Assembly: GCA_030429145.1 (NCBI GenBank)
Contig: JAUIDC010000001.1
Coordinates: 540,001-572,000 of the forward strand
Direction of reading: 5' to 3'
Origin: Candidatus Saccharimonadota bacterium
GTDB lineage: Bacteria; Patescibacteriota; Gracilibacteria; Absconditabacterales; Absconditicoccaceae
DNA length: 32,000 bases
In this document: positions 9,276 through 18,511 of the stretch, in pieces
Numbering within the stretch: position 1 is the first letter of the stretch
How the letters are laid out: the number at the start of each line of letters is the position of its first letter
Position numbers and translations under genes: made by a program
Notes under the pieces: model-generated
Databases searched by the model: none
Told to the model about the DNA's origin: nothing
The model's input: the letters and a program-made list of their open reading frames with translations, nothing else

Positions 9276-10640
9276 TTACCTATCAAATTTTCCTTCATTG
9301 TTATGCTTTTTTATATCTAACGTCTTTTTGTCGTCTCCAATTTCGTATGGTTCAATGGGGATGGTAGTGTTGCCGTCGATTTTACACATTTCTAGGTAGT
9401 ATTTATTTACCATGTCTACGAACTTTTGATCACCATGTGTGAGTTTGTTTGCGAGTGCTGTAAAGTCTAGGGATTGAAATAAGTAAGGTTTTTTAATCAG
9501 TGTTTCGATCTTTTGAGCAAACTCTTTGTCATGTCGTCAATCATTGCCTGGGATAAAAGGTTTTGCTATGTGAGGTCTAGGAATAGCTTTATATCCATGC
9601 ACCATGGCTTTAACGAACTCGAGATCTCTTTGAAGAGATTCTTTATTGTCTACTCACACATGTCCAAAGACCATGAGTAACTCGGGGGTGATGTCATATT
9701 CTTTTCTCGAAATTTCGATGGCACCGAGCGTATTTTCTTCAGTGTTCTGAGGTTTCTTCACTCATTTCCATACCTCTTCTCCCATCCCATCAACGCCATA
9801 TCATGCTGTATCAAATCCAATATCCACCATTTTCCTTATCACCTGAGGATGATTCTTGTGCATCTTCATAAAATAGGCGGTTCCTGCTAATCAGCGCATC
9901 TTAAAAGTGAATTGAGGAAAAGCATTTTTGACCTGCTGTACAGTATCTGCAAACATATTGAGTAGTAGAGGAGACTGTCGGACATCAAGATTGGTAAGAT
10001 ACATAGATACATGGTTGATGCTAAGTTTTGATAGTCTTTCAGCAATATAATAGAGGTCTTGATAGATTATTTCAAAGTCCCTATATTTCTCGGCTGTGCC
10101 TTTAACGGCCGCACAGAATGAACAGCCTTGTGCACATCACTGGGAGAGAAAAAATGAAATTTCACGTGAAAAATATTTTGCAAACAGTTCGTCGCTCATG
10201 TTTTCATATACAGGTATAAGAGAAGTATGAAATTCGCTTTGTATCTTCTCTAAATTGAGAAGCTCAGATCGTACTCATGGTTTCATTCCATTGTGTACAT
10301 TTTTGCCAAATAACTTCTGAAATTGTGGCTCGGTGAGTCCTTGTTTTGTTGTCATTACTTGTCATCAGAGCACTACTGCTAACTCTTCTCCATGAGTTTT
10401 TCTCAGTTCTTTAATTTTTTCTATCACGACTGGAATATAAGGAGCTCATAGAAGGTTTATTCCAACTATGTTAGAGTGAATTTTTGCAGGTGCAATATTT
10501 TCATCATGAAAAGAAACTTCTACACCTGCTTGTTGCAGCTGCGCGCCGATAGTCCAAAGAGATGTATTGGTATAGATATGTCACTCTCCTTGTTCGGAGG
10601 CATAAGAGTGTCTAGGTTGTATAAGGTCAATTGATCTCAT
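9276..10640 (-). CDS. radical SAM protein with N-terminal B12-binding-like domain
   Basis: The gene is invisible in the ORF track, which lists nothing between 9229 and 10827. ATG at 10640, TAA at 9276..9278, 454 aa, 11 in-frame TGAs including a tandem pair at 10362..10367. Translation: MRSIDLIQPRHSYASEQGEGHIY..VGINLLGAPYIPVVIEKIKELRKTHGEELAVVLGGQVMT (flavodoxin/B12-like) ..FFLSQGCAQGCSFCAAVKG (CX3CX2C at 10113..10136) .. Confidence 0.85.
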
Positions 10641-10826
10641 GTCGAAATGGGCAAAAACAAAAAACATACTATAAACAATGTTTGATATTCGTCAACAATT
10701 CTAATCTCTAATCTGCAGTAGATTATTTTCTACTATGATAGAGAATGAGGCGAGAGGAATATGGATTGGCTTGCAACCGTGCGTGAAAATGATACAACAG
10801 GAGAGATTTATTATTGTGTGTGAACG

Positions 10827-12137
10827 ATGAGAAGATTAATTGATCTTTTTAAAAAGATAACGCTTTACAACAAGTGGTTTCCGTATTTTTCTGAAACATA
10901 TATGTATAAGTGGGTGAAAACTCTGCTTGCAAAGTGGGCTGTCTTGAAGTATGGAGATCCATCGCAAGGTATGTTTATCGTTGGGGTGACAGGGACAGAT
11001 GGAAAGACAACAACGTGTAATTTCATCCATAAGGTGATCAACGACAATCTTGGGAAAGCGCTTCTCGTTTCAACTGCAAATATTAAAGTGGGAGATAAGG
11101 AGCAGTTCAATCACTATAAGATGACATCGCTTGATCCTGCGCACTTGCAGGCTATTTTGGCGAGTGCGAAACAGGCAGGATGTAAGTATGCTGTGCTTGA
11201 GGTGGCATCACACGGACTGGCGCAAAATAGATTTGCTGGAGTAGATTTCGATCTATGAGTATTAACAAACATCACGCCAGAGCACTTGGACTACCATAAG
11301 ACGTTTGAGAACTATGCGAATACGAAAAAGAAGCTTTTTCTGCAGATCCTCAAAAATAAAAAATCAGTAAAATATGCTGTGCTTCCTAAGGATGACGAGA
11401 AAGGACGTCAGCGAGAGGAGGAGTTGAATTTTGATAAGATGCTTACATTTTCTACTGCGGCATCTTCTTCAGTGAAGGCGGAAAATATTAGGTTGGGCGT
11501 AGAGGATACAGCTTTCGATGTTTCGTACTTAGGGCAGGTCTATCCTGTGAAGATGCCACTTCGTGGTAAGTATAATGTCTACAATGCTTTGGCGGCATTC
11601 AGCGTATGATTACTCCTTGGTATTGATCCGCATGCTATTGGTAGTTCACTTGGGAATCTTCATGGTATTAGCGGCCGCATGGAGAAGGTAGAGCATGATG
11701 GAGTAAATTATTTTATAGATTTTGCACATACCCCAAATGCGCTTGAAAATGCTCTCTCATATATGAAAGAGATTACTACCGGGAGAGTAATTGTCGTCTT
11801 TGGTGCACCAGGCAGGAGAGATGTGTTTAAGCGTCCTCAGATGGGAGCAATTACACATAAGTTGGCTGACGTCGTGATCGTTACTGACGATGATGCTGAC
11901 GATGAAAATCGTGTGGCTATTATTGCCGATATTGTTGCTGGGATTCCAAGAAAGGAGGGAGAGAACTTTTTCATCTTGCCGGAAAGAGAATTTGCGCTGA
12001 AAATGGCTGTGAACCTTGCAAAACCAGGAGATGTTGTGCTACTCGCAGGTAAATGACACGAACAGGTTCACTATACAAATTTTGGAAAAAGAAAGCGAAA
12101 CGATAGAAAAAAACTTGAAGAAATTCTTAAAAAATAA
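10827..12137 (+). CDS. murE: Mur ligase, MurE-like (UDP-N-acetylmuramoyl-tripeptide synthetase family)
   Basis: Track ORFs 10827..11258, 11286..11609 and 11679..12056 share one frame, joined by TGAs at 11256, 11607 and 12054; TAA at 12135..12137. Motifs: VGVTGTDGKTTT (P-loop), LTNITPEHLDYH, GRME and AGK-G-HE with TGA at the Gly. The N-terminal domain is short. An alternative in-frame ATG lies at 10761. The DNPR position reads DDDAD, so the amino-acid specificity is unclear. Confidence 0.85.
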
Positions 12138-12180
12138 TTATATCAAACCTTTCCCTTATTCGCCATAAATTATCTATATC

Positions 12181-12828
12181 ATGACCTCCCTGCTAGAGTA
12201 CTTTCTCAAAGTGAAAAAGCATATTGGTGACCGCCATGGTGGTAATTTTGAGTCGCAGTTTTACGGAGCAGGTATGGAAGCGGTAGAACAAAGAAGATAC
12301 CAACCAGGAGATGAAAAACGTGCTATCAATCGGAAGATGTCTGCTAAGTATGATGAACTCTTCGTAAATATCTTTCAACAAGAGAAGGCAGTAAACATCC
12401 ATCTATGCTGTGATGTAAATTATAACCGGAAGGGTGGAAACATAAAATCATTCTTGCGTTTTTTTGCTGCACTTACTTATTATGGTGATCGTGAAAAGAT
12501 TTCTATCACCTGATGGTTGCCACATACAGATAGATTTTCCCACCTGGAACAGTGAGCAACACAAAAGAAGTTTATGGAATGTTTATCTTCGTATTCGAAT
12601 AAATTAATCCCTTTCTATAGTTCTTCTTTACAAGATATGTTGCAATCACAAATGAGTGACTGAAAAAGGAAACTCATTATTGTTGTTTCTGATTTCTTAG
12701 CCGATGATGAGGAAAGTAGAACTCTTTTCTCTATATTACGTAAAAAACATGAAGTGAGATTGTTGTGAGTGTCCGTATGATGACAAATCTTTCAAGAGAG
12801 CGCTCTATCTTTATCTTCTTTCGTATAA
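12181..12828 (+). CDS. DUF58-like protein (vWA-related, MoxR-associated family), short form
   Basis: ATG at 12181, TAA at 12826..12828. Six in-frame TGAs, including a tandem pair at 12778..12783, extend track ORF 12181..12513. The core GGNFESQFYGAGMEAVEQRRYQPGDEKRAINRKMSAKYDELFVNIFQQEK matches the DUF58 signature (G..S...G.G.E....R.Y..GD..R.I.WK). The usual N-terminal TM segment is missing. Confidence 0.65.
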
Positions 12829-12831
12829 AAG

Positions 12832-13380
12832 ATGGATACTACTTTGGCTGTTGGTATTTTGGGCGCGCTTATTTTGTTAGTAGGTGCGGCATGGCCAGCG
12901 ACACGTAAAAATGTGCCTTCCGTTCGCTCTTTAAAAGATCGATTGTTCGCGGTCGGTGCTATCATCATGCTTATTTATGCTTATCTTGGATATTTACAAG
13001 GGTGATCATTTTTCTTCATCATATTGGAAATATTTATTCTTGTTGCAACCGTTTTGATGATGTTGGATACTGATGATACTCTGGATCTATGGGTATTGCT
13101 GGTGTCAGGTTTAGCTCTTATTGTGTGGTCTCTTTATCTCTTTGAGGGATATGAAACAATACTCTTTATCATCGGGCTTGTCGTTTTGGGGCTATGATAC
13201 GCATTCGCAATGGGAACTGTTCGCCGTGATGTCGCACTATGTATTGGTTCAACTCTTTTGGCGTTATTTAGCTATATGGCGGGAGATCGGATATTCTTCA
13301 TTCTCAATTTCTTCTTTATGCTCTTTTCAGGCTACTATCTACTAAGAAACTTAAAAATACTACACAAAACGAAATTATAA
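12832..13380 (+). CDS. integral membrane protein (hypothetical, about 6 TM)
   Basis: ATG at 12832, TAA at 13378..13380, two in-frame TGAs (13003, about 13195). The translation is hydrophobic throughout (MDTTLAVGILGALILLVGAAWP..). Track ORF 13121..13345 is in a different frame and I reject it. Confidence 0.6.
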
Positions 13381-13399
13381 AAAAACTGCGATAACGCAG
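13379..13399 (-). terminator. possible terminator downstream of tRNA-Leu
   Basis: Stem ctgcg/cgcag (5 bp), loop of 4 nt, followed on the minus strand by a T-run. The stem is short. Confidence 0.4.
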
Positions 13400-13417
13400 G
13401 TCATTTCTATTATAAAC

Positions 13418-13501
13418 TGCCTGGAGAGGGACTCGAACCCTCACTCCATTGCTGAAACCAGATTTTGAGTCTAGCGTGTCTACCAGTTCCACCACCCAGG
13501 C
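13418..13501 (-). tRNA. tRNA-Leu (anticodon CAA), type II with long variable arm, no encoded CCA
   Basis: The reverse complement reads GCCTGGGTGGTGGAACTGGTAGACACGCTAGACTCAAAATCTGGTTTCAGCAATGGAGTGAGGGTTCGAGTCCCTCTCCAGGCA. It has a 7-bp acceptor stem, a GTG/CAC D-stem, the anticodon stem CTAGA/TCTGG with loop CT-CAA-AA, and the T-arm GAGGG-TTCGAGT-CCCTC. Confidence 0.9.
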
Positions 13502-13510
13502 GTGGAAATG

Positions 13511-13538
13511 ACTATATATATTTCTGTCCTATTTGCAA
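13511..13538 (-). promoter_or_regulatory. candidate sigma-70-type promoter for tRNA-Leu
   Basis: On the minus strand: -35 TTGCAA (13533..13538), a 16-nt spacer, then -10 TATAGT (13511..13516). The tRNA 5' end lies about 10 nt downstream of the -10. Confidence 0.45.
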
Positions 13539-13585
13539 TGCGTGAATATAGCTATTATCATAAGTTGATAATCGAGCTCACACCG

Positions 13586-13603
13586 AAAAATCAATTGATT
13601 TTT
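13586..13603. repeat. perfect 18-bp palindrome aaaaatcaattgattttt
   Basis: Exact inverted repeat in the tRNA-Leu/ssb divergent intergenic region. Its right half supplies the TTGATT used as the candidate -35 for ssb. Confidence 0.6.
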
Positions 13604-13622
13604 GTAGCGTGATACGTATAGA
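13595..13622 (+). promoter_or_regulatory. candidate promoter for ssb
   Basis: -35 TTGATT (13595..13600), a 16-nt spacer, then -10 TATAGA (13617..13622), about 48 nt upstream of the ssb ATG. Confidence 0.3.
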
Positions 13623-13669
13623 CAAGGCAAGGTTAAACGTTTTACGTTTTATTCTTTAAGAGTAGTATA

Positions 13670-14086
13670 ATGACGTTGGATTTGAACAGAATGACCATCA
13701 TCGGAAGATGTGCAAGCGATTTGGAGGTGAAAAAGATAGAAACAACAGGTACTTCTGTCGTAAATTTCACTGTTGCCACTAACAGAAAGTACAAAAACAA
13801 GGATGGAAACCTTTTGGAAGAGGCAGAGTACCATAGATGTGTAGCCTATGGGAATAGTGCTGATGTCCTTGGTAAGTATCTTGTAAAAGGAAAAAAAGTG
13901 TACGTAGAAGGAAGACTGAAGACGAGAAAATGGCAGGATAGCAACGGAACAGACAGATACTCGACAGAAATTATCGTGGAAAACTTCATCTTCCTTGACT
14001 CAAAAGGACCTCAGGATGACAATGATAACGACAGTGGAAGTTCTCATGATGATCATGATTCTGCAGGAGATGATCTGCCATTCTAA
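13670..14086 (+). CDS. ssb: single-stranded DNA-binding protein
   Basis: OB-fold N-terminus (LNRMTIIGRCASDLEVKKIETTGTSVVNFTVATNR..W.D..G) followed by an acidic tail ending in the canonical DDLPF. No TGA. Confidence 0.95.
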   Translation: MTLDLNRMTIIGRCASDLEVKKIETTGTSVVNFTVATNRKYKNKDGNLLEEAEYHRCVAYGNSADVLGKYLVKGKKVYVEGRLKTRKWQDSNGTDRYSTEIIVENFIFLDSKGPQDDNDNDSGSSHDDHDSAGDDLPF

Positions 14087-14141
14087 TAGAGTGGCGCGCC
14101 TGCATCAAATACCCTTTGCTCACTAACAAATAATTTTTTTG

Positions 14142-14771
14142 ATGTCACTCATGGATAGAGAAACAGCAATGACGCCAGTAAGAGGATGGAAAAAGTTCAT
14201 GCTCGATTTTTTTGATGTTATTGCCTTTGTGATTTTTGTTACAGGTATCATAGCAGTTATAAGAATCTATGTATTCCAACCATTTGCTGTGGTCGGAAGC
14301 AGTATGGTACCAACTTTTCATGAGGATGATTTTGTGATAGTTGATAAAATTAGTGAGGTAGAGAGAGGAGATGTAATTGTATTTGTTCCAGAAGGACAAA
14401 AGCTTCCTTATATCAAGCGTGTGGTTGGACTACCTGGTGAAACAGTCAGATTGCAAAACGGCAAGGTGTCTATCTGTGAAACCAATGAACCGAACTCATG
14501 TAATGTCTATACGGAAGATTATCTGCCAGAAGGCACGACAACAGAAGCAAGATGTGGTATAACATCTTTTGATGTCACGACAGGCGGGCTCTTTGTGCTC
14601 GGTGACAATAGAGGGTTTAGTACAGATAGCCGTTGTTGCTTTGGGCTTGGGTGCTATTCAGGAAGTAACTATCAGGTGACCGATCAGGATATGATAGGCA
14701 AAGTATTTATGAGAATATTCCCAGAGACTCAGTTGTTCAATGATGAACAAGCAAGATGGGGTATTCAGTAG
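14142..14771 (+). CDS. lepB: signal peptidase I (S26 family)
   Basis: Motifs: VGSSMVPTF (catalytic Ser), YIKRVVGLPGETV (catalytic Lys box) and LGDNRGFSTDSR. An N-terminal TM is present. I prefer ATG 14142 over the track's TTG at 14139. No TGA. Confidence 0.9.
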   Translation: MSLMDRETAMTPVRGWKKFMLDFFDVIAFVIFVTGIIAVIRIYVFQPFAVVGSSMVPTFHEDDFVIVDKISEVERGDVIVFVPEGQKLPYIKRVVGLPGETVRLQNGKVSICETNEPNSCNVYTEDYLPEGTTTEARCGITSFDVTTGGLFVLGDNRGFSTDSRCCFGLGCYSGSNYQVTDQDMIGKVFMRIFPETQLFNDEQARWGIQ

Positions 14772-14801
14772 TATTTTATATGTTATGGTAACGGATTAAA
14801 A

Positions 14802-15575
14802 ATGTGGGCAATAGCGTGGTATACAGGAAAAGAATTTTTGAGGAAGAAAATAGTATATGTTGTACTATTTATTGCGTTTCTTTTGTTGCTTAGTACGATC
14901 GTTGCTGGATCGCTTGCGTTGTCTGAGCAGGGTAAGATTGTTCAGGATATGGGCTTTGGTGTGATAGAGATATGTGGTCTTATCATGACGCTTTTCTTTG
15001 GGTCTCATTTGCTGGCTAACGAAATTTCACAAGGAACAATCTTCTTGCTGCTGTCGAAAAATATCAAGAGATCGAATATTATCATCGGGAAGTTTATAGG
15101 TTTCGCTTTCATCTTGTTTCTCTTGTGGCTTCTTTTGAGTGCTGCTTTTGTAGGTGTTATGGCTCTGTATAATATAGCATGGCAGGAGCTTTATGTATAC
15201 GCATTGCTTGGTGTTTTTGTATCGTGGCTTCTCACTTTGGCTCTCGTAATGTTCTTCTCTACATTTGTTTCTCCGTTTGTCGCTTTGTTCGCGAGTATCA
15301 TTGTCTACCTCCTTGGGCACATGATGAGCTTTGTTGTCTACTATGTGACAGTACTCAAGACAGAGGTGTTTAGCCCGACCTTCGGTCGGTTCGTCAAATG
15401 AGTCTACTATGTCCTACCAAACTACACAGCTCTTGGAGTGAAAGAGTTTTTTGAAGTTCCTGGGGTATTAGAAGTTGTAAGAGCGCAGTTTGGTAGCTCA
15501 GTAGGTATTAGTTTAGTCTATGTTGTCTTATTGTTGACTTTTGGGACGCTTATCTTTAGAAAAAAGGAGCTTTAA
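14802..15575 (+). CDS. polytopic membrane protein, ABC-2-type permease-like
   Basis: Track ORF 14802..15401 continues through TGA 15399..15401 to TAA at 15573..15575 (257 aa, about 6 TM). The layout resembles ABC-2/NosY-type permeases. No ATPase partner is adjacent. Confidence 0.5.
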
Positions 15576-15591
15576 TACCGCATCATCACGT

Positions 15592-16167
15592 ATGAAAATC
15601 TTTGCCAATTTCGATACCAAGGCTCCGTTGGAGGCTTACAAGAAAGCACTTGTCGAGTACGGGGCCGATAAGGTTATTTTTGTACGTAGACATAGGATTT
15701 ATCTCACATTTTATGTGACAATTCCGCTCGTTTTAGTGGGAACATTGCTTGTTGCAGCATTTCTCCTTTGGTGGGGGTATGCTGTAGATGTGATAGGAAA
15801 TATCGTGACTAATGTTATATTTACTGTGATAGCAGCAATCATTGCGCTGTTCACATTGATCAGAGTGATGTTTAACTACATCAACTATCTGCTCGACTAT
15901 ACGATAGTGACGCCACGTCTTATCATCTCATACAATCAAACGGGTATCTTTCAAAGACAGGTGAGAACTATTGATACTGATAAAATAAAGGCGATTACTG
16001 TGAGTGGTAAGTCCTTCTTGCAAAGTCTTTTTAACTATGGCTCTGTTGTCTTCCTTTCTGAAGGAGATGATGATGACTACGGAGATATCAATCTTCGTTT
16101 TCTGAAAAATCCAGATCTTTTAAGAGAAGAAGTAATTCGTATTATAGAGATGGCAAAAGACGATTAA
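15592..16167 (+). CDS. membrane protein with C-terminal bacterial PH-like (YdbT/DUF304-like) region
   Basis: I prefer ATG 15592 (MKIFANFDTK..) because the 5' part of the track's start at 15541 overlaps the upstream gene. It has two or three TM helices and then ..TPRLIISYNQTGIFQRQVRTIDTDKIKAITVSGKSFLQSLFNYGSVVF... Confidence 0.5.
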   Translation: MKIFANFDTKAPLEAYKKALVEYGADKVIFVRRHRIYLTFYVTIPLVLVGTLLVAAFLLWWGYAVDVIGNIVTNVIFTVIAAIIALFTLIRVMFNYINYLLDYTIVTPRLIISYNQTGIFQRQVRTIDTDKIKAITVSGKSFLQSLFNYGSVVFLSEGDDDDYGDINLRFLKNPDLLREEVIRIIEMAKDD

Positions 16168-16191
16168 GTTTTACTTATCACATACCCTGAT

Positions 16192-16527
16192 ATGTCAGAT
16201 ATTCAAATACCTATGGATGTATACGAGTCGCCAAGAGAGATAGTTATCGTTGTGCCTCTTGGCGGTGTGCAAAAGAAAAGTGTAGAGATGTATTTTGATG
16301 ATTATAAACTTGTTATCTCTGGGAAGAGAGTACAACCAAAGATCAAGGACGACTTGTTGCCATTGCAACAGGAGTGTTATTGGGGAGAGTTTAAGCAAGA
16401 AGTAGAACTTCCTCCTCATATTTATTTTGATCGTATCAAATCGACCATCTCATCGGAGAATATTCTGCAGATTATTGTGCCAAAATCGCTCAAACCCGAG
16501 AAGATGAAAGTAGATGTTGACTATTAA
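16192..16527 (+). CDS. Hsp20/alpha-crystallin family small heat-shock protein
   Basis: 111 aa. The pattern PMDVYESPREIVIVVPLGGVQKKSVEMYFDDYKLVISGKR..FKQEVELP..I.S......L.I.VPK matches the alpha-crystallin domain. Confidence 0.8.
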   Translation: MSDIQIPMDVYESPREIVIVVPLGGVQKKSVEMYFDDYKLVISGKRVQPKIKDDLLPLQQECYWGEFKQEVELPPHIYFDRIKSTISSENILQIIVPKSLKPEKMKVDVDY

Positions 16528-16529
16528 TC

Positions 16530-17618
16530 ATGAAAAAAACGTTTGCGATAGAAACAAGTTGTGATGACACTTCTGTTGGTATAATCTCTTATGCTGATGG
16601 TGTTTTTTCTGTCGATCAACTAATGGCCTATTCGCAGGTAAAGGACCATCAACAGTTTGGTGGTGTGGTACCAGAGATTGCTTATAGATTGCACTCGGAG
16701 AAAATAGTTCGTCTTATACAAGAGGTTGGCATGGATCATATCAGTGCTGTTGATTCTATTAGTGTCACTACTCATCCTGGGCTTGGAGGTTCGCTTCTTG
16801 TGGGGAAGACAGCCGCTCATATGTTGGGTGCTCATCTACAAAAAAAAGTCCTAGGTGTAAACCACATTTACGGACATATTTTTTCTTTATTATTGGATAG
16901 AAATTTCAAAGAGCTACCTTTCCCGCGGGTGATTTTGACAGCGTCGGGTGGACATAATGAAATCTATCTTGTGGAACCGAAAGAGGAGATAACGAACCTT
17001 GATGATGCGCCTTCTCTCCATAACTTTTCAATCACTAAACTGGGGCAGACTCTCGATGATGCTGCAGGTGAGTGTTTTGACAAAGTTGCTCGTATGCTTG
17101 GTTGACCGTATCCAGGGTGAGCTCGAATTGGAGAGCAAGCGATGAAAGGACAACCCAATGAGGAGGTCTCTTTTAAGCGTATCTTTTTGGATCACGACAA
17201 GTATGAGTTCTCATTTTCTGGTATGAAGTCACAGGTGCACCATCTGCTGGACTCTTTTGAAAAGGAGTGACGTTCTTTGACAACACAGTTGATATTTGAT
17301 ATTGCCTATGAGTTTCAAGAGGCGGTCGTTGAAGTGCTAGGAAAAAAGCTTGTACAGGCCGCACACGAATATGGTGCAAAAACGATTGGTCTTGTTGGTG
17401 GAGTCTCAGCGAATGACAGACTCTTTGAGTATACTACTGAGTTTGCTCGTAAAAGATTTTCAGCAGAGAGTATAGAAAAGACTGAAGCGAATACAGTTAT
17501 TGTACAAAACACATTTGATGGTCAAAACATCCCTGTCATGCGTCCCATGAAAAAGGTCTACTCGACAGACAATGCTGCCATGATAGGAGTAGTTGGGTTG
17601 ATGGATCAAGAAGAATAA
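16530..17618 (+). CDS. tsaD: tRNA N6-adenosine threonylcarbamoyltransferase TsaD
   Basis: Track ORFs 16530..17105 and 17277..17618 are in one frame, joined through TGAs at 17103, 17118 and about 17268. Motifs: AIETSCDDTSVGI, GVNHIYGHI (metal His pair), [41 protein letters not shown] and STDNAAMIG. Confidence 0.95.
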
Positions 17619-18362
17619 TATGAATAAGCTATATTATCATATATTATGGAGTATGTTGCTAATAGTCTCTTCGTAGCTTTGAGGCATCTCTACAAATGAA
17701 CTGTGTCCAGCTTTCCCTAAGGTGATAACAAAAGATTTTTCATAATAATGAGCAATGCGATTTGCATTGTGTTTCGGGTTTTTGAAGTTGTTATCATCTT
17801 CCGAATAAAGAATATATGCCGGTGTTTTGATAGGAAGCGTTGGTTCTTTATATTGTAGTAAGAAAGATGCTCTTTCAGAGAGGCCTTTCGATAATCACCT
17901 CTCTGCGCATTTTGTATTCATCTTGATAGACTCAATACTTACTCCGGGCGTTCTTTTGCGGTTAAACATAGTTGCGATCTTATGCCTTAGTCGTTTTCGT
18001 CTATAACAATAAGGCCGAATTTTCTTAGCAACCCATAGTAGTATTTTCGACATGAGAGAAATTTCTTTAGAATCGCTCACACCACAGATGGAGATGTGTG
18101 CTCTGATGGTATTCTTTTTTAATAGCTCTCTTGCGACAATATCACCGAAAGAGCTAGAGATGAAAATAGTTTTTTCTGTGGGGTGGTTTGAAAGACGTTG
18201 GTTGACAGAATGTATTATTTTTTCTAGATCAAATGACTCCTGCCCCCGCTCTATAAGAAGACACTCATAACCTCAATTTTCACAAATAGAAATAATGTTT
18301 CCTCGGGCAGGTTTTCAAGCGTGAGAGATATTGGGGAAGAGGATGCATAATCAAGCAGGCAT
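17337..18362 (-). CDS. alpha/beta hydrolase; the 3' end is problematic
   Basis: ATG at 18362. TGAs at MPA-G-L, HA-G-KP, EN-G-GY and ER-G-LS extend track ORF 17895..18080. Nucleophile elbow: IFISSSFGDIVA; catalytic His region: GKAGHSSFVEMP. The recognisable fold ends near 17610, where the next in-frame codon is TGA (17607..17609). Under table 25 the frame then runs about 90 more codons antisense through tsaD to TAG at 17337..17339. Confidence 0.55.
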
Positions 18363-18511
18363 TATCTTATCTTGGTAGTGACATTAAATTTTTTCATAGG
18401 TTTGCCGAGCATGAGTGCGATTTGTGTGTGTAGGGCAGGAAGTCATGAGAAGAAGAGAAGTGTTGGTCAAACAAGGAGAGCAAAAGCGAAGAGAAGCTTA
18501 ATGAGCTCTCG

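Noticed and set aside
10827-12056. murE, tsaD, holA, the RumA-type MTase, the sigma factor, GT2 and the DinG-like gene all appear as 2-3 adjacent same-frame ORF fragments, which suggests pseudogenes or a degraded genome.
   Set aside because: Every break is a TGA, never TAA, TAG or a frameshift. The pieces stay in frame, and several breaks fall on conserved Gly positions. Codon reassignment explains all of them at once.
13121-13345. Track ORF 13121..13345(+).
   Set aside because: It is out of frame with the continuous 182-aa membrane protein (12832..13380) obtained once two TGAs are read as Gly.
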